Source: Gracilinanus agilis (Eukaryota). From it: DNA of 64,000 nucleotides. This document shows positions 1-11,544 of the stretch, in pieces. A program made the position numbers and the translations under genes. The notes beneath the pieces were generated by a model. The model had not been told where the DNA came from and did not search any database. It saw only the letters and a list, made by a program, of their open reading frames with translations. The DNA lies in contig NC_058134.1 in assembly GCF_016433145.1 (NCBI RefSeq), positions 107,961,791 through 108,025,790 of the forward strand, read 5' to 3'. The stretch's first letter is position 1, and each line of letters starts with the position of its first letter.

Positions 1-160
1 ACTATTCTAACAATAAATGCTACCTGATCTTTATTGAGCTCTGAAGAATTCAGGTCAATTTCCCCACCCGGCTGGGGGCTGCTGACTTGACTACCTTCCT
101 TCCCTTCCTCTGGCTTTCCCTTCCTTCTCCTATCCTACCTTCCTCCTATCACCCATCGTC
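1..160 (+). mobile_element. 3' end of an LTR, apparently the same family as the solo LTR at 41425-41880
   Basis: Pyrimidine-rich U5-like tail ending ...catcgtcaca. 'ttccccacccggctgggggct...ctaccttcc' resembles the reverse complement of 41430-41540. Confidence 0.45.
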
Positions 161-574
161 ACAAAGCAATGAAGAGAGCGATCATTCCAGATAAAAGTGC
201 ACCTTTCTTAATAGCAGCAACAACCCCAATTTCTGACCAACTGCCACAAATTGGCAATTAAGTAAAAAGAGTTTGAGAAACAGCAATCCCACACTCCATA
301 TCACTAATCCTGCTTCTAGTCCAGACCCCATAGCTATCATCCCAAGAAACAATTACTTTTGAGATGATTCCTAGAAACCAGAACCGTAGTTGCTACAGCT
401 ACATCCTATCTGAAGACCCCAAAAAGTGAATTTCTAGCTGACCAGACCTTGACTATGAAATATCTCATTAGAAATTGATAAGATTTTATCAGTGGAAAGG
501 AACTTAAAGACAAGGGACTACTATTTTGTTGCTGTGCCTGTAAACATTCTAGAACCTTTATATCATCTCTAATT

Positions 575-1558
575 AAGAGGCATGATCTTTAGAAGGAGAA
601 CTAGAGAAAATTTGGACAGCATACTAAAAAGCAGAAACATGACCTTGATGACAAAGGTCCATATAGTCAAACCTATGTTTTTTCTGGTAGCAACTTATGG
701 CTATGAAATTTGGAATATAAAGAAAGTTGAGTGTTACAGAATGTTTTGTTCTTCAAATATTCACATATCTGACTCTTCATAACCTTGTGGATCATAGCAT
801 GCCAGTCCCTTCTTTCTCTATGGAGTGAAAATTAGTGTATTATTCTCAATGTATTTTTGACTGGCAATAGAAACTCCAAGTAGAGGTTAAGTTTAAATCA
901 TTAGCTTAATTACATACAGTTTTGCTCTTCTTTTACCCTTGCCCTTCCCAGTCTTTCACACAAACCTTTAATTACTACTCTTTTACACCAGTGGAGGGTA
1001 TTATATTAGTTTCCTATAAATTGGGGAGTTCACATGTATCTTTGGGTCTCTGATTTAAACACACCGTCCTGGTTCTTTGTATTATAAGCAATAAAGCTGC
1101 ATCTGTCTGCATGCTATCCTGGCCTCTCTGATTATTTGGGTGATTAAATGGGGTGCATCTTGCTATATTAAGACCTCCACCCCAAATTCCAACTCTTAAC
1201 AATTCCTCCAAGTGTCTCTCAAAGTCTGTCACTGTCAAACCCTTACAAATTATGGTGCTGGGGAAGACAGCAGTGAGTCCCTTGGATAGCAAGGAGATAA
1301 AATCAATCAAAAGTCAAAGAAAACAATTCAAAATATTCACTAGAATGTCTAATACAGAAGCTGAAACTTAAATAACACTCTGATACTAGGAAAGATTGAA
1401 GGCAAAAGGAAAAGAGGACAGGCAGAGGATAAGATGGATAGATAGTGTCGTAGAAAAAACAAACATAAACTTGGATAGACTTTGAGAGATAGTGGAAGAA
1501 AGAAGGGCCTGGCATACTATGATCTGTGAGATCACAAGTAGTTGACTGAATAATGACA
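575..1558 (+). mobile_element. BovB-like RTE LINE 3' fragment (575-760 and 1238-1558), interrupted
   Basis: Translates NLDSILKSRNMTLMTKVHIVKPMFF, matching BovB NLDSILKSRDITLPTKVRLVKAMVFP. Resumes with ...ggaaagattgaaggcaaaaggaaaagagg... and an RTE-type 3' tail. Confidence 0.85.
821..1201 (+). mobile_element. probable solo LTR nested in the RTE
   Basis: TATA-like cctataaa near 1013, AATAAA near 1090, ends ...cttaaca. No clean TSD found. Confidence 0.45.
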
Positions 1559-1607
1559 AATATCTCATTTGGGACTAGAAGTTCCCATATAGGTTGCCAC
1601 AACCTAC

Positions 1608-1730
1608 TAAAATGTGAGCTCATTGAAAAATGAAATTGTTTTAATTTTCTGAATTTATGCCTAGTACTTAATCCAGTGTTTTGCACATAGTAAATAATTC
1701 ATAAAATCTTTTTCATTCATTGATTCATTT
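1608..1730 (+). mobile_element. L2 LINE 3' end
   Basis: aatgtgagctcattg...gcacatagtaaataattc...ttcattcattgattcatt resembles the L2 terminus. Confidence 0.5.
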
Positions 1731-3599
1731 ACCACCTGCTAGGCAAAGCAACTTCTTTGATTTTTCGTCCCTTCTCTTCCCTTAACAGAATTTCTATTAT
1801 ACAAAGTCACGTCTTTGCTAAACTCAAGCTGCTAAAGCACTGACAAACTCTTATAGTGAATAGCCACCCCTGTTCAGGTGCTGAGAAAGTGTTAGGCTTT
1901 TGGGGCAAAATATATTATTAGAGTCCAAAACAAATTTAAAGGTAATATTTTTCCTTTTCCTTCTCCCTTTCTTAACATATAAAAGTCAATATAGGAAAAC
2001 AGACATAGCTCTGAGAATTTTCCACTCAAGCTGGAGATGACACTAGAAGTTAACAATATGCAAATATAGGTCTTCAAACAGCAAATGATTTTCCTTTTTA
2101 TTCATATTTCAGTAGTTGTAAAGCTGGCTTCAATCACTTTTTGAACTCAGCCTTTTGCCAATCAATCTGCTCTAAACAAAGCAATATCCCTCCCAAATAG
2201 CATAGCTACCAGAAAGATATCTGTAGTTGTTTTGCTATTTATCAGTTCAGCTCATAACAGTTTCTGTTTATCTTCTGTAAATGCTTCCTCATACTGATTT
2301 CTAGTTCTTCTGCCCCAACTTCTCTTTCACTCAGCTTCTGTTTGTCACTCTAAATCATGATGCGAAACTCAAAGAAAAAAAATTCTTTCAGATTTAACCT
2401 CAACAATTGTTATGGCTTTTAGCAGTCCCAAAATAGTTATTTGATTTATAGTTTTACAATTATCTCCTTAGGAATTCTGGAAATAATAATATGTAAGTGA
2501 CGTTATGAACTACCAAGGGTTGTAATTATTTTTAACTTGGTGCTTTTACTAGGAACAGGGTCTTTCAACACATTCTTCACCTCCCATTTTCGTTCTATGT
2601 CCCCTTCAATTCTCTCTTTATTCTGTTCTTTTTTCCTCTCCTTCTTTCCCCCTTCCCTGCAAGTGGCTTCCAATTCTTATTTTTAAAAGGCTTCTATAGA
2701 AAATGGGAAAGTTATAGAGGATGAACACAAAAGTGGAGGAAAGGTACTTTAGGAAGAGTTTCAGGAGCACTAAAATTCAAAATGAGTTGAGGGAGGTACT
2801 AAATTCATTGGAGGATTTCACATGGAAGGTGAAGAACAAAACTTAAGCAATAATAGCACAAATCAATTGATTATTAACATGATCAATAAGAAAATGATAA
2901 AGAATTTATCTTAATCTTCTCAATAATAAAGATTAAGCAGCAATATATAATTAAAGAACCAGGGCCTCTGATTTCATTGGCATAGGAAACTCTTGGACTA
3001 GGAACCAACCTCTGATGATGTAGGTCAATATCTTCTTTGATACTCTAAGACAGAGCACATTAGTGAACTGAGAGGTAAATGGTCACATAATCTGGATATG
3101 CCAAACACAACAACTGAGCCCAGATTTCTGGTCTGAAGGCAACTCTCTCTCCTTTCCACCATATTCATCCTTGATTGATAGCAGAGTGTGATGCAAAAGG
3201 AACTAAATATTCTACCTGAATGTTTATGTTTCTTTAAATTTTCTACTACATTGTATATCCCATCATCAGTCAAAATTAAAAGACTAATTAATGGTCATTC
3301 AATTAATTTGGCATTTCATCAGTACCCCACTCTGGGTGAAGTTCCTTTACCCTTCCATTCTGCATATGACACTGCCCCTTCTCCTCAAAAGAGTTCAATA
3401 TCAGAAATCAATAAGGTTTTATTCAGGAAAATGACACTAAAGAAAGTATGTTACAAGCTGCCTAACTGATGGACTTAAGGATTTACTAATTTACTTCATT
3501 CTAACTTGCAACTGAAACATGGGTTTTATCAATCCCTATTGGAATATGTTTGGGAATAGGACTGTCTCACCCTTATACTTGTTTCTCCAATACATACAT

Positions 3600-3800
3600 A
3601 TAAGTGCCATTTCATTCATTCATACATTATCTCACTTGATCCTTACAATAGTCCTATAGAGTAGGTGCAGTTAGAATCCTGAGACTCAAAGAGGTCAAAT
3701 AACTTTTAACCTGTTACACTGATATTAAGCATCTAAATCAGGATTTAAATTCATCTCTTTCTAATCTCAAATCCAACATTCTTCCCCTGGATCATGCTGC
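3600..3800 (-). mobile_element. MIR SINE upstream of copy 1 (paralogs near 26630-26810, 35335-35515, 55050-55230)
   Basis: attatctcacttgatccttacaat...gagactcaaagaggtcaaataact...ggatttaaattc is a reverse MIR core. Confidence 0.7.
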
Positions 3801-3926
3801 TTCTCCTTCTGGTTAGGTGGCATGTAATCCTAAATTCTCTGTGGAACTGCAACCTTTTGGCTTTCAAACACTAAACATTTTATTCCATGTGACTATGACC
3901 CCTCCCTTCTCTATGTCACTGCACTG

Positions 3927-3934
3927 ATTTGCAT
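3927..3934. promoter_or_regulatory. octamer motif ATTTGCAT (POU2F site), -291 from the copy 1 ATG
   Basis: Exact octamer, at the same relative position in all five units. Confidence 0.55.
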
Positions 3935-4217
3935 CTCAGCAAAGAGCTGCTCAGTCTTTTCTCTCATCAACTCCATGTAGTGCCTGGACACCAGAAATAC
4001 CAGTAGACCTTCTTGGGAAAAATCAGGATAATTACTGTAAAGCTGGTCATAAGGATTTCTGAACCCTTTCTGGCCAGTGGCAGAGGCACTCCCAAAGGCT
4101 AAGAAGATAAAAACACCACCAGAGTAGAGCAGCAGGTATTTCTGTCTTCCTGACCCCAGACAGAGAAGATAAAACATAGAAAGTGAGCCAGTCAGGATTC
4201 GCTGTCCTTCTATAGAC

Positions 4218-5144
4218 ATGCTGAATTTAAGCCAAGTTGGGGTTTTGTTTGTAGTCTCCACTGAATTGTTTCTGGGAACTTGGCTAAATGGATTCATTGT
4301 GTTGTTGCACTGTATCACTTGGGTCAGGACTAGGAAAATATCTTTGTCTGACTTCATCATCCTGAACCTGGCTCTTTCCACATTCATCCTGCAGGGGATA
4401 CCAATAATGGACATTATTTTACAAGTTTTCTATCCCCATTTCCATGGCCTAAACACATTTATGAGAATTATTGATATTTTCTGGATATTTACCAATAATC
4501 TTAGCATCTGCCTGACTACTTGCCTCAATGTCTTCTACTGCCTGAAGATTGCCAACTTCTCCCATCAAACTTTCCTCTGGCTCAAGTGGAGGTTTTCCCA
4601 TGTGGTTGTCTGGAGTCTTCTGGGCTCTGTGCCCTATTCCTTCTTCAGCACACTGGCATTGATCCTGAAGTTTAATGTTTATTCTAACCTCAATCAAATA
4701 AAACTCTTAGGAAACTGCACTGAAGATGACAAAAGAAAGACAATTGGATATTTTGTCATGTATATTCTTAGTGCCCTCTACTCAGTCATTCCCCTCTTCT
4801 TGTCCCTGTTCTCCTCTGTCCTTCTGATCCTTTCCCTGATGAGACATACCAGGCAGATGCAACATTATGCCAATGGCACCAGGGACTTGAGCACCACGGC
4901 CCATGTGAGAGCCACCAAAGCCATCCTTTCATCTCTCTTGTTCTTACTTGGATACTTCCTTGTCTTCTTTCTTGCTATGTCTAGTCATTTCTTGCCAGAC
5001 CCTAGTATGGCAGGAACAACTAGCATACTGATTTTTGCTGCTAATCCCTCTATTCAAACTTTTGTTCTTATCCTGGAAAACCAGAAGCTAAAGCAAGCAT
5101 TCCTAAGGATGTTCCAGGTCAAAAAGTGGAGGCTGAAATGTTAA
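4218..5144 (+). CDS. TAS2R3: Bitter taste receptor, TAS2R3-like copy 1 (308 aa)
   Basis: Intact single-exon 7TM ORF with TAS2R motifs SLSDFII.NLAL, YCLKIANFSH..FLWLKWR, LILSLMRHTRQM, RDLSTTAHVRA, and an ECL2 sequon NCT. Confidence 0.9.
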   Translation: MLNLSQVGVLFVVSTELFLGTWLNGFIVLLHCITWVRTRKISLSDFIILNLALSTFILQGIPIMDIILQVFYPHFHGLNTFMRIIDIFWIFTNNLSICLTTCLNVFYCLKIANFSHQTFLWLKWRFSHVVVWSLLGSVPYSFFSTLALILKFNVYSNLNQIKLLGNCTEDDKRKTIGYFVMYILSALYSVIPLFLSLFSSVLLILSLMRHTRQMQHYANGTRDLSTTAHVRATKAILSSLLFLLGYFLVFFLAMSSHFLPDPSMAGTTSILIFAANPSIQTFVLILENQKLKQAFLRMFQVKKWRLKC

Positions 5145-5284
5145 ACCTTGGAAACTTTCATTTAAGTCTTGAGAAAAGAATTGCACTGTCTTTCAACCTG
5201 TCTCGAGTCTAAGTGATTTTATTATGTTCTTCTCCTGTCTCTTCCCCTTGCATAACACTATTTTCTGCTTTGATAAAAATTAAG

Positions 5285-5465
5285 AAGGTACTGTGATATC
5301 CTGGAAAGAGTCATACAATTGGATCCAAAAGACTTGGATTATTGTCTCTGCTTAACTTCATGATATTGAACAACTTATTTTACACCTCTGAGCCTTAATT
5401 CCATTTTCCACAAAAAGGTTATCTTGGATGAGATGATCCCTAAAGTCTCTTGCAGTTTTCAAACC
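5285..5465 (+). mobile_element. MIR SINE in the 3' UTR (paralogs near 14735-14900, 28290-28470, 36995-37170, 56735-56910)
   Basis: ggaaagag...ttggatccaaaagacttggatt...ctctgagcctt...ttggatgagatgatccctaaagtc. Confidence 0.65.
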
Positions 5466-5676
5466 CAATTATTGTAACTTCTTAGGAAAGAAACATGGAT
5501 TCAACCCATTTCATGCTCTCTCTTCCTTCCAATGCATCTAACCGTTGTTGAAGTCAAAACTTGCCAGTGATTCTGCATGTATTTTAGAATCAACAAAAAC
5601 ACAAACTCCCACTCTCTAGAACACTTTGACGTAACCAAATTTCTAACTCTCTGTTCATTGTCTTTAGTCATATGTG

Positions 5677-5682
5677 AATAAA
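5677..5682 (+). terminator. candidate polyA signal of copy 1
   Basis: AATAAA 533 nt after the stop, in a 'tttagtcacatgtgAATAAA' context shared with copies 3, 4 and 5. Confidence 0.5.
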
Positions 5683-5805
5683 TCACATTTTTAAAAAAAA
5701 TTATAATATAGCCACATTAAGATTTTTACCAGCTCCAACCAGTTCTGTTTAGGCTGAGAGAATTGACAGACTACAGCTCAAAGTTACTTTAAAAGTCAAC
5801 TAGTC

Positions 5806-5908
5806 TGTGTGCAAGTCACTTGACCCCCATTGCCTATCCTTACCACTCTTCTGCCTTGGAGCCAATGCACAGTATTGACTCCAAGATGGAAGGTAAGGGT
5901 TTAAAAAA
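5806..5908 (+). mobile_element. 5'-truncated SINE1_Mdo-like SINE
   Basis: gcaagtcacttgacccccattgcc...ggaaggtaagggtttaaaa with a 15-bp TSD aaaagtcaa(c/t)tagtc at 5791-5805 and 5909-5923. Confidence 0.85.
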
Positions 5909-6989
5909 AAAAGTCAATTAGTCCAACAACCTAACTGAACAAAGAGAATAATGGAAATCAAGGAATTTAAGTAACTTATTTAAGATCATACAGCTAGTAG
6001 GCATCAAAGGTTGCATTTGAACTCAATTCTCTGATGATAGAGCCATGAAGTATAAAGACTCTTTCTTCCATATGTCAAGGAACTCTTGACTTTAGCCTTT
6101 AATTGTAGCCTCTTGACTTTAATTGTACTTTTGTCAAGACTGTTATGCTTAATGAATTGATAAAATCATTGTCCCCACAGGAGATGAGATTAAAACTTAG
6201 CTCTCCCTTTCTCCTTCTTTCTCATTGCACTTAAGTGCAAACATGGATCTCTAGAGGGAAAATGAATTCTGATGGGTGAGCATGGGTTTGAAAAGGATAA
6301 AATTCATTAAAGGGGAATGGCTGCTATGGAATTGGGCAAGTGGCATCTTCTGATTCTCAAATTCTATTATTCCCACACTAGAGTCAGGAAGATCTGTTAC
6401 CTCCAGATAAACTAAGAACAATTTTCTTAATGTCCTCCTATTTCCCAAGTAGCACCATTGTTATCCAGATAAAGCAGCAAATACACTAATGGCTGACAAA
6501 TGACATCAAGACTCACCTACTAGAAACAAAGCAGAGCTACACCTGAGAACCAAGCCATGCAAAGAAGTTCACATTTGAAAACAGCCCAGCAATGATGTCA
6601 GCTGATAAGAGTATGAAACAGAGTCCCAATAAGATCCCATTATATAAAGTAATCATCACATTAGGATTTTAAGAGTCAGTGAGGGTTTTGTGGAATGTGA
6701 TGTCACTATAATATTTATAGATATTTCTCTGATTCTTCCTGATTTTTAATTTAAAATTTTTCACACATGTAGGCACACTGAAATTTCTGACTAAACAAAA
6801 TATATCACTCAGCACACAGAAGTTTTGCTGTTGATCGCTGTGTATAATTAGTTATATGTAATGAACAATGGTTTTAAATTAATTGATAATTCACAAAGTG
6901 TCTTAAATCTGGAATAGCTTTCTGTAGGCTTGTGTGTTAGGGGGACTCTAGATGCTACATGTACAATAACCACAAGTATGTAGTTTACT

Positions 6990-7098
6990 TTTTTTTTTTT
7001 TTAAACCCTTGTACTTCGGTGTATTGTCTCATAGGTGGAAGACTGGTAAGGGTGGGCAATGGGGGTCAAGTGACTTGCCCAGGGTCACACAGCTGGGA
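6990..7098 (-). mobile_element. 5'-truncated SINE1_Mdo-like SINE
   Basis: poly-T then aaacccttg...gggcaatgggggtcaagtgacttgcccagggtcacacagctggg. Confidence 0.8.
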
Positions 7099-7292
7099 AG
7101 TTTTACTTTTGTATATTATACCTGTTAAATGCTAACTACTGTCATTAATTTCAGAGCATCCAGTGCATGATTTCTTTAATTCTTTCTTAAGATGCATATA
7201 AAGATATATTTGTTTCTTAGAATTTTGCAGCTACAACTGATGTTCTTTCTCACTCTGGAGAACATAAATTTTAAAAATATTGCTTGCTCTAG

Positions 7293-7320
7293 AATATATA
7301 TATATATATATACATATATA
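7293..7320. repeat. (TA)n microsatellite
   Basis: Direct reading. Confidence 0.9.
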
Positions 7321-8144
7321 TTTTAAGAGATATATTAATATTTAAAGCCTTTCTTCTTATTAAGATCTTTGTGTGTCTAAAGACTATTATTTATCCCCTA
7401 CAGAATCAGAGTTAGTATTCACATGTAGAATCCCAAGAGGAAAATCCATAAATATCTCCTTAAGGTTTTTTGATAGTCACTCTGAGAAAATGACAAAGGC
7501 CATTTTACAAACCTTAGTATTTGTCACACAAGTTCAGAGACTGAACTCCCTGGGAACACTGATGTCTATATACATTGGTTAGAACCCTACAAGTGTTCAT
7601 TGTCTCTGAATTTTTTTTCACTTCTAGAACCTTCAGAAGTTTCCCACTTTTTGCCCCAAAAATAACTTCAAGGATAAATGTCCATTTGGGCCTAAATGCC
7701 CCCATAGCACCTGATATATAGACAAGACCTTCTATATCCTCTGATTTACCCACGTTGAATAAATCAGGAAACATTCCAATGTCATACTTTTATTTCCTTC
7801 AACCAAATTCTGAGCTCAAAGATGCCAACACTTAAATTTGCAAGAAGAGGAAGGAGATAAAACCTTACTTCTTCAAAGTATCCTGTAACCCTTCAAAATA
7901 AGGCATATTCCTAACACATTGAAGATGGGGTTTATGCCATACAAAAAGGAAAGCTGAGAAGCCATTTGGAACTGCGGTATCACCATGGCAATAAGGGAAT
8001 TGCCACTCCATCATTCCATTCTGGAAACAAATTTGTGGATCTGAAGTATCCCCGTCTTATCTCCAGAATATGATAGAATATCCTTTAATAAATCACTTTG
8101 GGACACAGCATTTATGTATGGGTTTCCTTTCCCCCTCTTTAATG

Positions 8145-8673
8145 TGTGATCTGCAAGCATTCAATTCACATTCGACAAAAATAAAAGAGCAGCTTTTAAC
8201 AATTTTAATTTTAATGAAAATATAGTAAAAGGGGAGAAATATAGGAAAGAGGTAGAGAAAAAAATTGCCCATAACTCTCTAGATCTGCCTATAACTTCCA
8301 TTAGAAAAAGTCTAGCTGATCACCCTTCAGCTCAACTCACTAGGCAGAATATATATATATATATATATATATATCCCAACCACCAAATAATCACCAACCC
8401 ACAACACCAGCAACAACCCACAATGACCAACTACCAACAACCAACTACCAAACTACCAAACACTCCTAACCCAAAAAAGGTCAAAAAGCCAAAAGTCCCT
8501 CTCAGTCTTTCTGCAGGCCTTTTATATCCCCTTCTTAACTCACTTCCTGTCTCTCTGGTTTCTACTTCCTTTCACAGTGGGCTAGTTTATTTTTACACAT
8601 GTCTATGGTAAAAGGACCTCCAGGTCCCCAGTTAAATTAAAAAAAAAAAAAAGATTAAGAATTCCCTTTTACA
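8145..8673 (-). mobile_element. solo LTR with internal (TA)n and caacca repeats; related to 62958-63693
   Basis: tgtgatc...ttttaca termini, minus-strand TATA (ccttttatat), and a 'cacttcct.tctctggtttctacttcc' block shared with about 63370. Confidence 0.6.
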
Positions 8674-9039
8674 ATGCTATCTATTTGTTAAGGCATTTAT
8701 GCTAGGCATTTTTTAAAATACCTATGTGATATTAAATATTCTAAACCTCATTTGAATTGTATTTCTAAATACAATTTCCTGATTTGTACTTTGATGTAAG
8801 ATAAGTAAAACATTATTCCCACTAAAGATAGCTCAGGATAGAGATCCTGAATTTACCAAGTAGGGAGAGAAAAAAGAACTTAAAAAATGCTGAGACTTTT
8901 CTAAAGACTCTTTATACTCATTCCAAAAGTTCCTTAGTTTTGCCTCTTGAGCAAAGGACAAAAGATTTAAGAAAGTGAGTAGGAAGATATGGTGACAACA
9001 GGTTTGCCAAAGTTTTAATGTGCCAGTAGAGAGTAATAA

Positions 9040-9492
9040 AGTAGAGAATGATTAGATCAATGAAATGGGTATGCAATTTAAAAAATTAGAAAAGCACAAA
9101 ATAAAAATCCTCAAATAAATACTAAATTGGAAATCCTAAAAATTAAGGGTGAGATCATTAAAACTGAATGTAAGGAAAATATTGAATTAATAAATAATAC
9201 TAACAATTTTTTCTGCAAAGACCAGTAAAAAATTAATCATTGTTTAAGATGATTTTTTAAAAGAGAAGAAAACAAAATTGCTAGCATCAAAAATGAAAAA
9301 GGGTGAATTAACCATTAATGAAGAAGAAATCAAAACAATTATTAGGAGTTATTTTTCCCAATTATATGTCAATGAGTTTAATAATTTAAGTAAAATGAAT
9401 GAATGTTTACAAAAATATCAATTACATAGACAAATATGGGAGGTAATAGAATATTTAAGTAAAGCTTTTAGAAAAAAGAAACTGAATAGACT
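9040..9492 (+). mobile_element. L1 ORF2 fragment (paralog 61340-61775)
   Basis: KKGELTINEEEIKTIIRSYFSQLY matches L1 ORF2 KGEITT..EIQ.IIR.Y...LY. Confidence 0.85.
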
Positions 9493-9835
9493 ATATATTG
9501 TCAGTTTTGATGGGTAGGTGATTCTTGGTTGTAGACCCAATTCTCTTGCCTTCCTGAATATCATATTCCAAGCCTTGCAATCCTTTAGTGTGGTAGCTGC
9601 CAGATCCTGTGTAATCATGACTGGGGCTCCTTGATATCTTAATTGTCTGTTTCTGGCTGCTTGCAATAGTTTCTCCTTGAACTGGAAGCTCTTGAATTTG
9701 ACCATTAGATCCCTGGGGATTGTCTTCTGAGGATTTAATGTAGGGCGTGATTGATGAACTCTTTCATTGTCTATTTTGCCCTCTCATTCAAGAATATCAG
9801 GATAATTTTTCTTGGATGATTTCTTGTAGTATAAT
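9493..9835 (-). mobile_element. L1 ORF1 C-terminal fragment, inverted
   Basis: KEKLLQAARNRQLRYQGAPVMITQDLAATTLKDCKAWNMIFRKARELGLQPRITYPSKL is typical ORF1p. Confidence 0.9.
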
Positions 9836-9865
9836 GTCATCACACTTGTAGTATAATGTCATCAC

Positions 9866-10020
9866 ACATAGATTGGCTAAAATGATAAAAGGGCAAAATG
9901 GCAGATGCTATAGTGGATATAGAAAAATAGGGACTCTAATATATTGTTGGTGGAACTGTGAACTGATTCATGGAGAGCAATCTGGAATTATACTCAAAGA
10001 GTTATAAAACTATATATACC
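9866..10020 (+). mobile_element. L1 ORF2 C-terminal fragment
   Basis: gattggctaaaatgataaaa...ttgttggtggaactgtgaactgattc..ggagagcaatctggaatta. Confidence 0.7.
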
Positions 10021-10023
10021 AGA

Positions 10024-10198
10024 GGGGAGTCAGGCAGCTCAGGGGATAGAGAATCAGGTCTAGAGACAAGAGGTTGTGGGTTCAAATCTGGCCTCAGACA
10101 CTTCCTAACTAAATGACCCTGGGTAAATCCCCATTAATCCCCATTGCCTAGCCCTTATTGCTCTTCTGCCTTTGAATCAATATACAGTATTGATTCTC
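10024..10198 (+). mobile_element. SINE1_Mdo-like SINE
   Basis: tRNA-like head with B box ggttcaaatc, then ggcctcagacacttcc, ccattgcctagccctta. Confidence 0.75.
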
Positions 10199-10329
10199 TC
10201 ATGGTAAGTCAAACCATGATGAATAGGAAGGGTTCAAGAATGACTTAGCACTGAAGAAATAAACAGAAATTATTTTGATGAAGAGAAAAAGAGGGTACTG
10301 TCTAGAGACCAATATAATGTCCAATTTAA

Positions 10330-10490
10330 ATGTTTTTGTTCAAAGATATTTTATTTTCCCAATTGCATGTAATTACAATTTTCAACATGTATTCTGGAAT
10401 TATAAGATCTAAATTGTCTCCACCTCTCTCTCCCCTTCCCCCTCTTGGAGATGGTAAGCAATTTGATCTGGGTTGTATATCTAACTTTAA
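10330..10490 (-). mobile_element. L1 3' end, reverse
   Basis: ttttattttcccaattgcatgtaa...aagcaatttgatctgggttgtata, the same motif as the other minus-strand L1 tails here. Confidence 0.6.
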
Positions 10491-11284
10491 TTTTAAAAGC
10501 ATATTTAGAAAATGGGTGGGGACGAGGTGGGGGGGGGAGGAATGGAGGGAGGGAGAAGCCAAAATGGCAGCATAGTAGCAGGAGCCTTCTGAACTCCTTT
10601 CAACCAATCATTATAAAGCATCTCAAAAGGACAGAAATCAAAACCAGATGAGTAAAGGGGCTCTCCCACTGGATGTAGCATTAAAGGTAGGCAGTGAGTG
10701 GTGATTCTTATGCTATGAGGGTACAAAACTGTACTAATCGAAGCTCAAGCTGATCACACCTCTCCCACACCACAGTTAGAGCAAGGGTGGAGGCAATCTC
10801 TAAATTCTTGGAGGCTTCCTGAAAAAAGCACAGACTTACCCCTTGAAGGCAGTGCAAGGCCTTTGCCTCAAGACTCAAGGCTGAAGAGCATGAAGCTTGG
10901 GCAGAAACATAGCCAAGGGAGCAAGGGCTAGAAAAAGCCTCAGGGAAAAATGAGAAACAAGGTAAAGCTATATAAGAAGAACTCAAAAGTAAAAGCAAGG
11001 TACTATGGGAAGAGTTTCAGGAACATCAAAGTTCAAAATGAGTTGAGAGAGGCACCAATTCATTAGTGTGGATAGCCATCAGCTGGTAATGAAGAAAACT
11101 CTTTATTATATATGGTTTGGATTCAATGGCATCTAACTCTGTCTAACAACCTGTGAAGCTATAGCATCAAACTGTTATTTCCATGTAGAAAATGAACTGA
11201 TCTTATTCTCCTTGGTCCCCAAAAATTAAAAATAGGATAAATGTGTAAAAAATATAGAAAGACACATTTCAATTTCATATGAGA

Positions 11285-11460
11285 GAAATTTTTCTCAATT
11301 ACTTTGTTCAAAAGTAGAATGGGTAGCTTCATAAGGTAATGAATTCTGCACCACTGGAAGTCTTCTAGTGAAAATTAGGTGAATATTTGTCAGCGATAAT
11401 GTAGAAGGAATTCCTCTTCATATACTGATTTAACTAAATGACCACTGAAGAACCTTCCAG
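11285..11460 (+). mobile_element. L3/CR1 3' remnant
   Basis: ccactggaagtcttc...atgtagaaggaattcct...actaaatgaccactgaagaaccttccag. Confidence 0.55.
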
Positions 11461-11544
11461 TTGTTAATATGAAAAATGATAAAGGCTGTGATAATAATAT
11501 AAATTAGTATTTTAATTAAAGCCATGTTGATAGATAAAATCATT

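Noticed and set aside
3911-4697. Minus-strand ORFs overlapping the TAS2R genes (MILERARFRMMKS... and similar at 13622, 27126, 35749, 55585)
   Set aside because: Antisense shadows of a conserved hydrophobic CDS, with variable lengths and stops.
6251-6448. Minus-strand IIEFENQKMPLAQF resembling the TAS2R tail LILENQKLKQAF, suggesting an inverted TAS2R pseudogene
   Set aside because: Similarity is limited to ENQK. The upstream sequence shows no TM5-TM7 motifs at protein or DNA level.
10024-10100. tRNA-like A/B boxes in SINE heads
   Set aside because: They continue into SINE bodies, some with TSDs, so they are not tRNA genes.
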